Shown: piece by piece, positions 41,455-51,195 of the stretch
How positions within the stretch are numbered: position 1 is the stretch's first letter
Layout of the letters: the number at the start of each line of letters is the position of its first letter
Source of the DNA: Candidatus Bathyarchaeota archaeon
Lineage (GTDB): Archaea > Thermoproteota > Bathyarchaeia > Bathyarchaeales > Bathycorpusculaceae
Direction: 5' to 3'
DNA: 64,000 nt
NCBI GenBank assembly: GCA_963775895.1
Contig: CAVZKL010000028.1
Coordinates: 11,897-75,896 of the forward strand
Notes under the pieces: generated by a model
Told to the model about the DNA's origin: nothing
Seen by the model: the letters and a program-made list of their open reading frames with translations, nothing else
Databases searched by the model: none
Program-made: the position numbers and the translations under genes

Positions 41455-43491
41455 ATGGTTGAAGAAATGGAAATCACAGACCCGCAGGAACGTTTCCAGA
41501 ACTTCTTCAAGACTGAAGAGTACCGCAAGAGACTCTCACAGATGGCGATGGGCGGAAAAACTTCGGTCATCGTCTCCTTTGAGGACCTGTTATCCTTTGA
41601 CCAAAAACTGGCCGAAGAGCTTCTAGACAGACCTGATGAAAACCTGAAACACGCCGGCAAAGCAGCTTATGCCCAGTTGCAGATCGAAGATCCTGAGTAT
41701 GCCGAGAGAATACCAGCAGTAGACGTGAGACTGGTTAGACTGCTAGAGACCGCAGTGCTTCGAAAACTGGGCTCAGAGCAAATAGGCAAGATCGTCATGG
41801 TGGAAGGAATCGTTGTACGTGCTTCCCCCGTTCGCCCGATGGTTATGCAGGCGGCATTCAGATGCAAGAGATGCGGAACGATGACTCCCGTTAATCAATC
41901 TGGATCCTTTGTCAAAGCACCTTTCGCCTGCAGCAGTCCTGAGTGCGGCTCTAAGGGCCCATATGAGTTTGTCCAAGAAGAGTCTACGTTCGTCGACTCA
42001 CAAGACCTGCGTATACAGGAGAGACCAGAAGATCTACCTCCAGGCCAGTTGCCCCGAACTTTGGGCATCAAGCTCGTTGGAAAAGAAATCGTTGACCTTG
42101 CAAGGCCTGGCGATGACATTTCAGCGGTGGGTCAGGTGCGCGCTCAACCACCGACCCTTCCTGGAGTTGGCAAACTCAGAACGTTCATTCTGCATATAGA
42201 CGCCAATTCCATCGAAGTGTTGGGTAAGGAACCTGAAACCGCGATGCCCTCACCTGAAGAAGAAGAAAAAATCCTTGAACTGGCAAGGGATCCTTGGATT
42301 CACCAGAAAATCGTCAATTCCATTGCGCCATCAATCTACGGATACGACCATATCAAAGAAGCAATAATGTACCTTCTGTTCGGCGGAGTAGCCAAAAACT
42401 TGCCAGACATATCGATAAGAGGCGAAATGAACGCGCTCCTAGTTGGAGACCCTGGTACAGCAAAATCTCAGCTTTTGCAGTATGTTTCACGAATCGCACC
42501 ACGTGGACTGTACACGTCAGGACGCGGCACAACAGCCGCAGGATTAACCGCGGCCGTAATTCGCGAGAAAGGCGGAGGAATGAGCCTTGAAGCAGGAGCA
42601 CTCGTTCTGGCTGACAAGGGCATCGCCTGCATCGACGAAATGGATAAGATGCGCCCAGAGGACAGAGTAGCTATTCATGAAGCAATGGAGCAACACACTG
42701 TTTCAGTGGCAAAAGGCGGCATCGTCGCCACCCTGAACGCAAGGACGGCCATACTTGCGGCTGCAAACCCCACACTCGGAAGGTATGAACCACACCGCAC
42801 AGTCGCCGAGAACATCTCCTTGCCCGTGACGATACTCTCTAGGTTTGATTTGATCTTCGTCCTGAGAGACGTACCAAACAAGGAATCAGACAGCAAAATG
42901 TCTATGCACATTCTCGAGCTCCACAGAAAAGGCTCAAGTCCAGTAGAACCACCCATCTCCGTAGATCTTTTGCGCAAATACATCAGCTATGCGAAAAGCT
43001 TCAAACCAGCCTTGACCCAAGACGCTTTGAAACGTTTGAATGACTTCTACCTCGCAATGCGTGAGGCAAGTGAAACCGAAGGATCCCCTGTCGCAATAAC
43101 TGCCCGCCAACTTGAATCACTCGTCCGCATAGCAGAAGCTAGAGCCCGCGCCGCCCTCAGGAAGGAGGTTCTGGCCGAAGATGCTGAAGCCGCAATTGCA
43201 ATAATGAAGAGGTCTCTAGAAGAGGTCGGAATCGACCTGTCTTCATTCAAGATAGACATAGATATCATAATGACTGGACGATCAAAAAGCATGAGGGACA
43301 GACTGCAAATAATACTCACAGCTCTGATCGAAATGGAAAAAGAGACTGGAATGGCCGAAAAAGGCGCTCTGGAAACGGAGCTCGAGGAGAAGTACAAGAT
43401 CTCAAGAGCTGAAGCCAACCGCCTTTTTTCACAACTCTTGCGAGAAGGAACAATATACGAGCCAAGGGAAGGTTATCTGAAGAAAACGTAG
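41455..43491 (+). CDS. mcm: MCM replicative helicase
   Basis: C4 zinc finger, QERPEDLPPGQLPR, GDPGTAKSQ, IDEMDKM, SRFD, TARQLE; no intein. Confidence 0.98.
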   Translation: MVEEMEITDPQERFQNFFKTEEYRKRLSQMAMGGKTSVIVSFEDLLSFDQKLAEELLDRPDENLKHAGKAAYAQLQIEDPEYAERIPAVDVRLVRLLETAVLRKLGSEQIGKIVMVEGIVVRASPVRPMVMQAAFRCKRCGTMTPVNQSGSFVKAPFACSSPECGSKGPYEFVQEESTFVDSQDLRIQERPEDLPPGQLPRTLGIKLVGKEIVDLARPGDDISAVGQVRAQPPTLPGVGKLRTFILHIDANSIEVLGKEPETAMPSPEEEEKILELARDPWIHQKIVNSIAPSIYGYDHIKEAIMYLLFGGVAKNLPDISIRGEMNALLVGDPGTAKSQLLQYVSRIAPRGLYTSGRGTTAAGLTAAVIREKGGGMSLEAGALVLADKGIACIDEMDKMRPEDRVAIHEAMEQHTVSVAKGGIVATLNARTAILAAANPTLGRYEPHRTVAENISLPVTILSRFDLIFVLRDVPNKESDSKMSMHILELHRKGSSPVEPPISVDLLRKYISYAKSFKPALTQDALKRLNDFYLAMREASETEGSPVAITARQLESLVRIAEARARAALRKEVLAEDAEAAIAIMKRSLEEVGIDLSSFKIDIDIIMTGRSKSMRDRLQIILTALIEMEKETGMAEKGALETELEEKYKISRAEANRLFSQLLREGTIYEPREGYLKKT

Positions 43492-43509
43492 CAACGCAAA
43501 GCAGCAATC

Positions 43510-44289
43510 CTACGAAATGTAAGTGACTTTCTTGTCCTCTTCTTTCTTCGTTTCCTCAGCCTGAATAGCTCTCTTCTCCTCAATCTTCTGCAGGCGGCTA
43601 ACCATTTTCTCGCCTTTAGCTATTTCCTCGTCTAGTCCTGCAATGTTAGCGTCGAAACCGAGCATAGACTGTAACACTTCAAGGACACTCTTCGCAGACT
43701 TCGGATCGGGCAGGTAACCTCTCGTTTCACCAAGCAAACACAAAGCGTCGATCTTCTTGAAATGAGATAAGCCGAGAATCAAGCCAGCCGTGCCCACGAT
43801 AGGGCTTCCCGATGGGCTAACCTCGGCTCCCGCCTTTAAAGCTCTGTCAAGGAATTCGGAGTTCGTGGCTGCCGCAATTACTTCGGGTTTGTTTTTGGCC
43901 TCCATTCGGTATCCGCCGATTGTGATGATCAGTTTAGCATTGTATTGTCCTGCAAAGTCCAAAATGCGATCGGATATCTCATATTGTCCTTCGATCGTCT
44001 GAGCTTGACTGTCTCCAGTGAAGAGAATCAGGTCATTCTTGCCGTCGTTGTTTATCCAACAATAGAATGTTCCTCGAAGAAGCCGAACATTTCCCTTCTT
44101 ACTGACAATGACGAAGTACGGAAAGTGCGGAGAATAGAGGAAGGCAAACTTCTTAGCCTTCAACTGTTTGATCAAGTGGCGAATTGCAATCTTGCCAACA
44201 AGCCCCAAACCAGGAAGCCCTTCAATAAGAATCGGGTTCTTCAAATCCATTTTCACGATTTCTTTGATGAAAGTCTCTTTCACTCGCAT
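43510..44289 (-). CDS. PAC2 family proteasome assembly chaperone
   Basis: EGLPGLGLVGK, GDSQ..GQYE, GETRGYLPDP; canonical position after nop10. Confidence 0.92.
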   Translation of the reverse strand: MRVKETFIKEIVKMDLKNPILIEGLPGLGLVGKIAIRHLIKQLKAKKFAFLYSPHFPYFVIVSKKGNVRLLRGTFYCWINNDGKNDLILFTGDSQAQTIEGQYEISDRILDFAGQYNAKLIITIGGYRMEAKNKPEVIAAATNSEFLDRALKAGAEVSPSGSPIVGTAGLILGLSHFKKIDALCLLGETRGYLPDPKSAKSVLEVLQSMLGFDANIAGLDEEIAKGEKMVSRLQKIEEKRAIQAEETKKEEDKKVTYIS

Positions 44290-44450
44290 CTAGTCTCCTG
44301 CTTCAAGGCCATCCTGTACTTCAGGTACTTATCATCCGGCGAGAATTTCGCAGGGTGTGGAATTCGCACCTTGCCCCCACAGTAGGGGCAAGCATCTTCT
44401 CTCAAGGTATAGCGGTGACATTTATCGCATTTTCTGAGTAGCCAGACCAT
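44280..44450 (-). CDS. nop10: H/ACA RNP protein Nop10 (56 aa, below the ORF cutoff)
   Basis: Translated by hand: MVWLLRKCDKCHRYTLREDACPYCGGKVRIPHPAKFSPDDKYLKYRMALKQETRCE; TAATG overlap with aIF2a. Confidence 0.95.
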   Translation of the reverse strand: MVWLLRKCDKCHRYTLREDACPYCGGKVRIPHPAKFSPDDKYLKYRMALKQETRCE

Positions 44451-45238
44451 TACTTCTCCCTTCTGAAGGAACCCTGTCCTCCAGCCTTCGAGACAGTGGT
44501 GACCAAATTCTGGGCGACCTTTTGGAACACTTCTTCCGCGTGCTTGTAATCCTCTGCCATGACCTCAATACTGTATTTTGGTGCAGCAACGACGTAGAAA
44601 CGGACTTTCGCGTTTCCCAGTTTTTCACCCTTCTTCGCATTGGAAAAGGCATCTTTTATGATGTTTACACCGTTCGGCTTTCCAACCCGAAGTTCGGCGG
44701 TGCCTTTGACTTTAACCCTAAGAACGCGTATTCTCTCTTGTGCAACCTCAAAAAATGCTTTGGCAATTTCCTCAGGAATGCCCAGCTTCGTCAGGGTCTC
44801 TGGGCCTTCTCTTACTGCTTTCTCAAATCCTTCGTACAGGCCGTACTGATCTTCTAGCAACTTTCCAGCTTTTTCGTAAATCTCTTCAACAGGCAGGCCT
44901 GTTTTTTCAGCAACGCCTTTCAGCAGCGCTTCTGCTTTTCTCTCCTTCTTCCAAGCCATTATTTTCTCTATTTTCTCTCTTTTTGTAACTCGCCTGAGCG
45001 ACAAGTCGATATGTCCTTTTTCAGGATCCACCCGCAAAACTTTCAGGACAACTTTTTGTCCTTCACGAACAAAATCTCGAATGTTTCGAATCCAAGAAGA
45101 AGATATCTCTGAAACGTGCAGTAACCCTTTCTTACCATACTCGTCTAGCTTCACGTAAGCGCCATAGTCAGTGACGGCATCCACAGTGGCCATTATCAAG
45201 TCGCCAGGTTCAGGCCACTCCTGTTTCTTGAGAGACAT
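44450..45238 (-). CDS. eif2a: Translation initiation factor 2 alpha subunit
   Basis: S1 domain YGAYVKLDEY..SEISS, KGHIDLSLRRV, AAPKY. Confidence 0.96.
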   Translation of the reverse strand: MSLKKQEWPEPGDLIMATVDAVTDYGAYVKLDEYGKKGLLHVSEISSSWIRNIRDFVREGQKVVLKVLRVDPEKGHIDLSLRRVTKREKIEKIMAWKKERKAEALLKGVAEKTGLPVEEIYEKAGKLLEDQYGLYEGFEKAVREGPETLTKLGIPEEIAKAFFEVAQERIRVLRVKVKGTAELRVGKPNGVNIIKDAFSNAKKGEKLGNAKVRFYVVAAPKYSIEVMAEDYKHAEEVFQKVAQNLVTTVSKAGGQGSFRREK

Positions 45239-45253
45239 TGCTTTTTCCTTACC

Positions 45254-45451
45254 CTACTCGAAAACCGCGACTATTTCACCCTTGATCTTCGCCTTTCCAC
45301 CCGAAGGCCCAGCGAGTTCGGTTCCACAAACGTTGCATACTACTTTGTTCACGGCACTGCTGAAGACCATCTGCTCGTTACCACACTTCAGGCATTTGAC
45401 CCGAACAAAACTGCTTCTCGGTCTTGGAATAAGCTTTTCCCATTCTGTCAC
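45254..45451 (-). CDS. rps27e: 30S ribosomal protein S27e
   Basis: PRSSFVRVKCLKCGNEQ..VCNVCG..PSGGK; GTG start with GGAGG upstream. Confidence 0.96.
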   Translation of the reverse strand: MTEWEKLIPRPRSSFVRVKCLKCGNEQMVFSSAVNKVVCNVCGTELAGPSGGKAKIKGEIVAVFE

Positions 45452-45464
45452 AACTTTCCCTCCA

Positions 45465-45743
45465 TTACACAATTACCAGCTTTCTAAGGCGCATGCCGTC
45501 TTTGTGGCGCATGTACCCGCAGACTTTGCATTTCAATTTCAAAGTCTGCTTCTTGGTTGTCTTGGCAAACTCTCTTTGAAGAGGATACTTTTGCCCGCCA
45601 TAACCCCTCTTCTCCCTCAAACTGTGATGGCGTTCTCCTTTGGCCATAGGCCTGCGTTTTCCAGCCTTGTACAGAGTGACTGAATGAATTTGATGCTGTT
45701 TACACCTTGGACAGTAAGTCTTTACTTCCTTAGGAACATTCAC
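45465..45743 (-). CDS. rpl44e: 50S ribosomal protein L44e
   Basis: PKEVKTYCPRCK.H, GYGGQKYP, AKTTKK, CKVCG. Confidence 0.96.
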   Translation of the reverse strand: MNVPKEVKTYCPRCKQHQIHSVTLYKAGKRRPMAKGERHHSLREKRGYGGQKYPLQREFAKTTKKQTLKLKCKVCGYMRHKDGMRLRKLVIV

Positions 45744-45940
45744 TTCAATCCACGACCAGCTTTGCATAAACGAAGCGACACACGTTCTTATACTTTTTCC
45801 GTGATCTTGCGCGATGCAATACCCTGTCGGGACGATTCTGTATCTTTCACCTACTATAGAAGATCACATCGATTCTGATGTCATAAACGTCACTCTTAAA
45901 TCAGTGTCACCCACTTTATTGAAACGTTAGAACTAACCAG

Positions 45941-47002
45941 TTGGGAAAACGATACATGAACGGTTATTCGTCTACCATCGGCGAAAGTCTTGCCTTAATC
46001 AGAAAGACGTTGCCCATAATAGTGTTCACAATACCGTTTATCGTGTTATACGTTCTTTACCCAAGCTCGTACGACTTGATGTGGAAAGGTAGAACGTTCT
46101 ATCTTTTTTTCTTGTGGCTTGTGTTCCTAGAGACTATGCTCAACTGGGGTAGAATTGCAGAGAGCAAGGTCAACAGATTGAAAACGGTCAGGACAGCTGT
46201 TTTTTTTGTAGCTCTGGCACTTCCAATACTGTACGTTGTCGGGGCGAACTATTTTGGTCTTGAATGCTGCTATAATGGATTTTGCCAGAAGCTACGGCGT
46301 TGTCCCTGATTTTGTCCAGTTTGTGCCGCTTGCAGCGGAATATCTAGTCTTGACTGCGCTTTTTGCACTGATCATCTCATTATACTATGGAACTCGTCAA
46401 ATCACAAACTTCTCTATCTCAATGATTTTCCTCGGAGCAATCGGAGTGATTTACATGATTGACAATCTATATCCATATGGACTCTTCACTCCGTTCCAAA
46501 TCTTTGTGCCAACAACGACACAGCTGTCGGCGAGCATTCTGAACATGATGGGGTACAAGACAAGCATCGTTTTCCAACAAACATCCACCCAAGGCACTCT
46601 ACCAATTTAACTGTTCAGGACATGTATGGACATGTCAGCACTCACGGAGTGGCTTGGGTGTGCTCGGGCATCGAGAGTTTGCTGATTTTTGCAGTCACTC
46701 TCCCGTTGTTCTTCAAAAACAGCGACATTCCACTGACACACAAGATCGTATATTTCATCTTTGGGGCTGTTATCACGTTTTTCATCAACGCCTTGAGGAT
46801 CGCAACTATTTTCATTATAGATCTTGGCGGCGGTGACTGGAACTCTTTTCACAATTTCTACGGAATGTTGTACTCCATGTCATGGATTATGTCCTATCCA
46901 CTTCTGATAATTGCCAGCCGAGCATTATGGGGAAAGATCGTGAGACGAAGTATTGACCTGAACCTAGAACCTCCAAGTTCAATTTCGTTGCCTCCCAATT
47001 AG
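45941..47002 (+). CDS. Archaeosortase/exosortase family protein (thaumarchaeosortase-like); split by 2 indels
   Basis: Multi-TM protein; catalytic Cys (WVCSGIESL), Arg (INALRI), His (FHNFYG); shifts ~46259 and ~46606. Confidence 0.82.
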
Positions 47003-47010
47003 AAACTGGT

Positions 47011-47559
47011 CTATTCAGCATCCACCCTTTCAGCCAATCCCTGTTTAATCAGAATCTTTGTGTTCTCAAGGGGCAGGGCTGCGATGTCTTCAACTTTGAA
47101 GGGCCCGTAAGTCTTCATGTCAGCACCGATGATCGCAGGAACCTCCTTCAGAAACCGCACTATAGTTCTCTTGTGCGTCACCTCTATTCGTACTATCGAG
47201 AGTTGCCCGCGCAGAATACCCTTAGCAAACGATTGGACCGCTTCTGCAAAAGGCGAGACCGCCGAGCAAATCGTCTTTTCCTCTGGCGTAAGAAGTTCCT
47301 GTGAGAATCCCTCCCCCATAGTCAGTTTTTGGATCATTTTCCGATAACGTGTTTGAATCAGCTGAAGAATCATATGTCTTGCATTCTGCATCTCTTTGTT
47401 AAGGAGACTTGTTTTTATCGCTCGCTTCTCCAACATTCGGCTTTCTTCCCTAAGTCGCTTCATATACTCTGCAACGTTGGAATAGAATCCTGTTGGGAGC
47501 TTCTGAAGCTCAACGTTCTCAAGTTCGAGTTTCCATGCGTTGTACAGTTCACTATACAT
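47011..47559 (-). CDS. GINS subunit Gins51 (Gins15)
   Basis: LQKLPTGFY..R.RKM..LTPEE A-domain, then VRFLKEVPAIIGADMKTYGPF B-domain; follows priS. Confidence 0.88.
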   Translation of the reverse strand: MYSELYNAWKLELENVELQKLPTGFYSNVAEYMKRLREESRMLEKRAIKTSLLNKEMQNARHMILQLIQTRYRKMIQKLTMGEGFSQELLTPEEKTICSAVSPFAEAVQSFAKGILRGQLSIVRIEVTHKRTIVRFLKEVPAIIGADMKTYGPFKVEDIAALPLENTKILIKQGLAERVDAE

Positions 47560-47560
47560 G

Positions 47561-48804
47561 CTACTCCATTACCTCCGCTCTTTTCTTGCACAGCAGCAAC
47601 AACGCTGCTGCCGTCGGCAACTCAACTTTTTCATTTCGGTAAGGACCAAACTTTTCATTGCCTAGACCGAATTGAGGCGAATCAGAAACAAAGACGCAGA
47701 CCTCGCCACTTTCGAAAGCCAATGCTTCCTTGAAAGGGTCAAAATCGTCTATCGAGGAAATCGGGAATTCAATCTTCTTTAGACCTGTTTTTCCATGCAG
47801 TGTGCCGGACATTCTGATCAGACGGTGGATATCTGTAGTAACAACAGTATCTACTTTTGCTGACTGGGACTCCTTGGAGTGTTCAACTAGCTTCTTGAAA
47901 GTCTGGGGCCCAAACCTTTCAATGTCGTCCACGGTTTTGATTCTCTGAGACTCCTCATTATGGATTCCTTGTTCTTCATTATTACTTGTGCAACGTTCCT
48001 GTTCAACCCTATTCCAACGTAATCACTCAGACCTGCATTGAGAACAGTGTCATACACCCCTCGCGCGATTCGTCCTTGCCAGCCGGCAGCGTTTAAATCG
48101 AGATTCGCCATTTTGTCCTCGCCCAATCCGCATATGTCTAGGTCGATTCCTAACCCGCAAACATAATCGACAATCTCCTTGCGATCCATTGCGTTAAGGG
48201 TCTCTGTCGTCTGGTTTTCGACGTGAACATGGTAACCACGATGTCCTGAATAGAAGACGTGAATGGCTTCTTCGCCGAACCCGAAGTCTTTCTTGAGTAT
48301 GTCAAGGAGTTTGACGGTCTCGCTCTTTGCAGACTTCAGACAGTCTTCGCAAGGCCAGGTGTTGTTTTCGAATTTTTCTTTTCCACAGGCTGGACAGCTT
48401 TCTGGAACTTCGCCTTTTCCCTTGAAACCACAGTTCAAGCATGTCCATTCATCGTGAATTTTGTCACAGGATGTCGGTATATGATCAGCGTCGATATCAA
48501 AAATCAAATCTGCGCCAATCCAGCATTTGGCAGTCATCTCCGAGGCGGCAGGTTGTTCATATTTGGCACTCGAATAATAAACGTCTGACGGTGCGTCAGA
48601 GCATAAGAAGTCTCTGAGTTCTTCATTGGATCTGAAACTTCGATGTCTGACCATCGCTTTGTTTCTGAAGAGTAGCGCAGCAAACTCGCGTCTCGCAAAG
48701 TAAGAAGGAACCACTACGTCATCGAAACGCTCAGAATAGTACGCGAGAAACTTGCGTTCTATGAAGTCACGAGTGCTTGCTGACATATCGCTTTTGAATG
48801 ACAC
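47561..48804 (-). CDS. priS: DNA primase small subunit; one indel ~47906
   Basis: RREFA, VYYSSA.Y, DLIFDIDAD, SGHRGYHVH, D.VVTTDIHRLIRM.GTLHGKTG; zinc-ribbon insertion. Confidence 0.94.
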
Positions 48805-48977
48805 TTTGACACCTATTTAAGTTTCTCAAGAGTGTAATGAATCTTGTTTTGAACTTCAAGCTGGACCCTTGACCGGAAAGGAATAGGTTTAAATGACTAT
48901 CACAAGAAAAAAGAAGGGTGGCGAATAGGCTCACTTAAAGAGAGGAATCTCAAACAACCAAGGTTAATGATACATTT

Positions 48978-50039
48978 ATGGTCGAATACGCTCTAAGCGA
49001 TCCGGTAATTCAGAAAAGCCGAGTAGAATTTGAATTTCCCGAAGTAACAGTAGTCGTGCTTAACTACAACGGAAAAAAGCACATCAAAGAGTGTTTGGGC
49101 TCGATTTTCAGAATGAACTATCCCCAGTTCAAAGTTGTCGTTGTTGACAACGCCTCCAGTGACGGATCATTGGACTCGGTTAGAAAGAAGTATCCACAGG
49201 TGAAAACCGTCAAATACGATAGAAATCACGGATTCGCCAAAGCCTACAACATGGCGTTAGAAGAAATTGAAAGTGAGTTCGTAGTACTTCTGAATAACGA
49301 TGTCACGGTTGAGCCTGATTGGCTTAGAGAGTTAATGCCTTACATCATTTATGACAACGAGGTTTCAGCAGTGACACCCAAGATGCTTTTCATGCAGAAC
49401 ACATGCGCAATCAACGCTGCAGGAGGCAAATGTGACATCTATGGTTCGGGTTGGAACCGTGGGAACGGAGAAACAGACAATGGCCAGTACGAGAGAGTCG
49501 AAGAGGTTTTCTATGCCAATTGTGGCGCCATAGTTATCAGGAGAGATGCGTGGAAGGATGTTGGGTCGTTTGACGAACAGTATTTTCTTTATGGCGAAGA
49601 CTTGGATTGGTGTTGGCGAGCAAGATTGAAGGGATACAGAATCGTTTATGTTCCGCACTCCAGAATCTATCATGAATGGCGAGCGTCAAATGGACCGATG
49701 ATTCCGCTCCTTGAGCGCAACTGGCTCGCCACAGCACTTAAGAACTATGATTCAGGCACCTTAATGAGGCTGGCGCCGAGATTTGTGGCGTTGAAATCTG
49801 CCGTAGCAGCATGGCTTCTGTTCAACGGTAGAAACGCAAATGAGAGATTTGCCGTGTTTGATGGTTTTCTATGGAATTTGAAAATGTTCCGAGATACCTG
49901 GAAAAAGCGTCTTCTGATTCAGGCCTCCCGAAAGATAGATGACAAAGAGATTCAGAGGCATATGTACAACGGCAGCCTCGAACTCTCACTTGGACTCGGA
50001 CGAATGAAACATCCAATAACAAACAACTGGGCGTCATAG
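48978..50039 (+). CDS. Glycosyltransferase family 2
   Basis: VVVLNYNG, VVDNASSDGS, LLNND, FLYGEDLDWCWR. Confidence 0.92.
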   Translation: MVEYALSDPVIQKSRVEFEFPEVTVVVLNYNGKKHIKECLGSIFRMNYPQFKVVVVDNASSDGSLDSVRKKYPQVKTVKYDRNHGFAKAYNMALEEIESEFVVLLNNDVTVEPDWLRELMPYIIYDNEVSAVTPKMLFMQNTCAINAAGGKCDIYGSGWNRGNGETDNGQYERVEEVFYANCGAIVIRRDAWKDVGSFDEQYFLYGEDLDWCWRARLKGYRIVYVPHSRIYHEWRASNGPMIPLLERNWLATALKNYDSGTLMRLAPRFVALKSAVAAWLLFNGRNANERFAVFDGFLWNLKMFRDTWKKRLLIQASRKIDDKEIQRHMYNGSLELSLGLGRMKHPITNNWAS

Positions 50040-50057
50040 AATTCTTAAATGAACAAG

Positions 50058-51194
50058 TCATGATTCCGCGAAGACTTGACATATCGTATTCTGGAAATTC
50101 CGTACACTTTCTTCCCAATTGAATTTATGCATGGCAATTCTTGCTTTTTCACCCATCCTTTTTCGCAACTCATCGTCGCATGTAAGCAAGGATAGGCGGT
50201 TTAAGAATTCGGTTGGAGTGTCAACAAGGAAACCTGTTTCTCCGTTTGTCACGACTTCCTCATGTGCACCGACTCTGTAGGCTATGACAGGTTTTCCGTT
50301 TGCTTGGGCAGCAACTACGGGCAAATCGAAACCTTCCCACCTTGAGCAAGTGCAGTAAAGGTCGCAGGCCTCAAAGCAAACTCTCAGTTTCTCGAAGGGC
50401 ACTTTTGTCAATATTACGACATTATCAGGAGGACTCTGCACCCCTAAATCAGAGATAGAACCTCTGCCGATCAACAAAAGAACACAGTCTCCTTGGTTTT
50501 CTTGGAGCTTCTTGAAAAGCTTGATTATTTGGGCCATTCCTTTGTAAGGCGTGGAAAATCGTCCTACAGACAAGATCAGTTTCCTGTCACCAACGCCAAG
50601 ATCTTTTCTAAGCCGCACCGCCTTCTCTTTTTCATGACAGACTAGATGGTCGATGCCGTGATAGTTTACGATTGCTCTTCCTTTAATCAGTGGTGACAGA
50701 AGATTCCTAGTGTAATAGCTGTTCGTCACAACGCGATCGGAAAAGTGGAAAGAAAGGTTCCAGAGAAGATTCTGCCGGACAGATTCAACTTTTCTCACTA
50801 ACGAATCCAAGATTTTCTGAGGTGGCACTCCAAAGTAGTACATGATCACTTTCTTTCTGAAGATACCATAGGATAAGGCGCCTATGATGTGCATCGGATC
50901 AACGGTAATTATCACGTCGTATTCGTTTAGAACGGACACTAAAGAGAAAAACGAACGGAGATCTATCAGAAAATTGTCGTTCCAAAACTCGCTCGTAAGG
51001 GGCAGTGCAGCGACTTTGTAGGCCACAGTTTTGTAGTTGCAACCTGAATATTCGTTCTTGTTCGTCAGAACCGTGATGTCAAATCCATCCCGCGAAAGTC
51101 TCTCCGCTAGTAAATTCACTACTTCATCAACGCCGTATCCTATGAGCATACTTTTTGCTATGACGGCTATCTTTGGTTGTTTCAGATTTTGCAC
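50058..51194 (-). CDS. Glycosyltransferase family 4
   Basis: LSVGRF..KG, EGFDLPVVAAQANGKPVI, ETGFLV. Confidence 0.9.
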   Translation of the reverse strand: MQNLKQPKIAVIAKSMLIGYGVDEVVNLLAERLSRDGFDITVLTNKNEYSGCNYKTVAYKVAALPLTSEFWNDNFLIDLRSFFSLVSVLNEYDVIITVDPMHIIGALSYGIFRKKVIMYYFGVPPQKILDSLVRKVESVRQNLLWNLSFHFSDRVVTNSYYTRNLLSPLIKGRAIVNYHGIDHLVCHEKEKAVRLRKDLGVGDRKLILSVGRFSTPYKGMAQIIKLFKKLQENQGDCVLLLIGRGSISDLGVQSPPDNVVILTKVPFEKLRVCFEACDLYCTCSRWEGFDLPVVAAQANGKPVIAYRVGAHEEVVTNGETGFLVDTPTEFLNRLSLLTCDDELRKRMGEKARIAMHKFNWEESVRNFQNTICQVFAES

Positions 51195-51195
51195 T

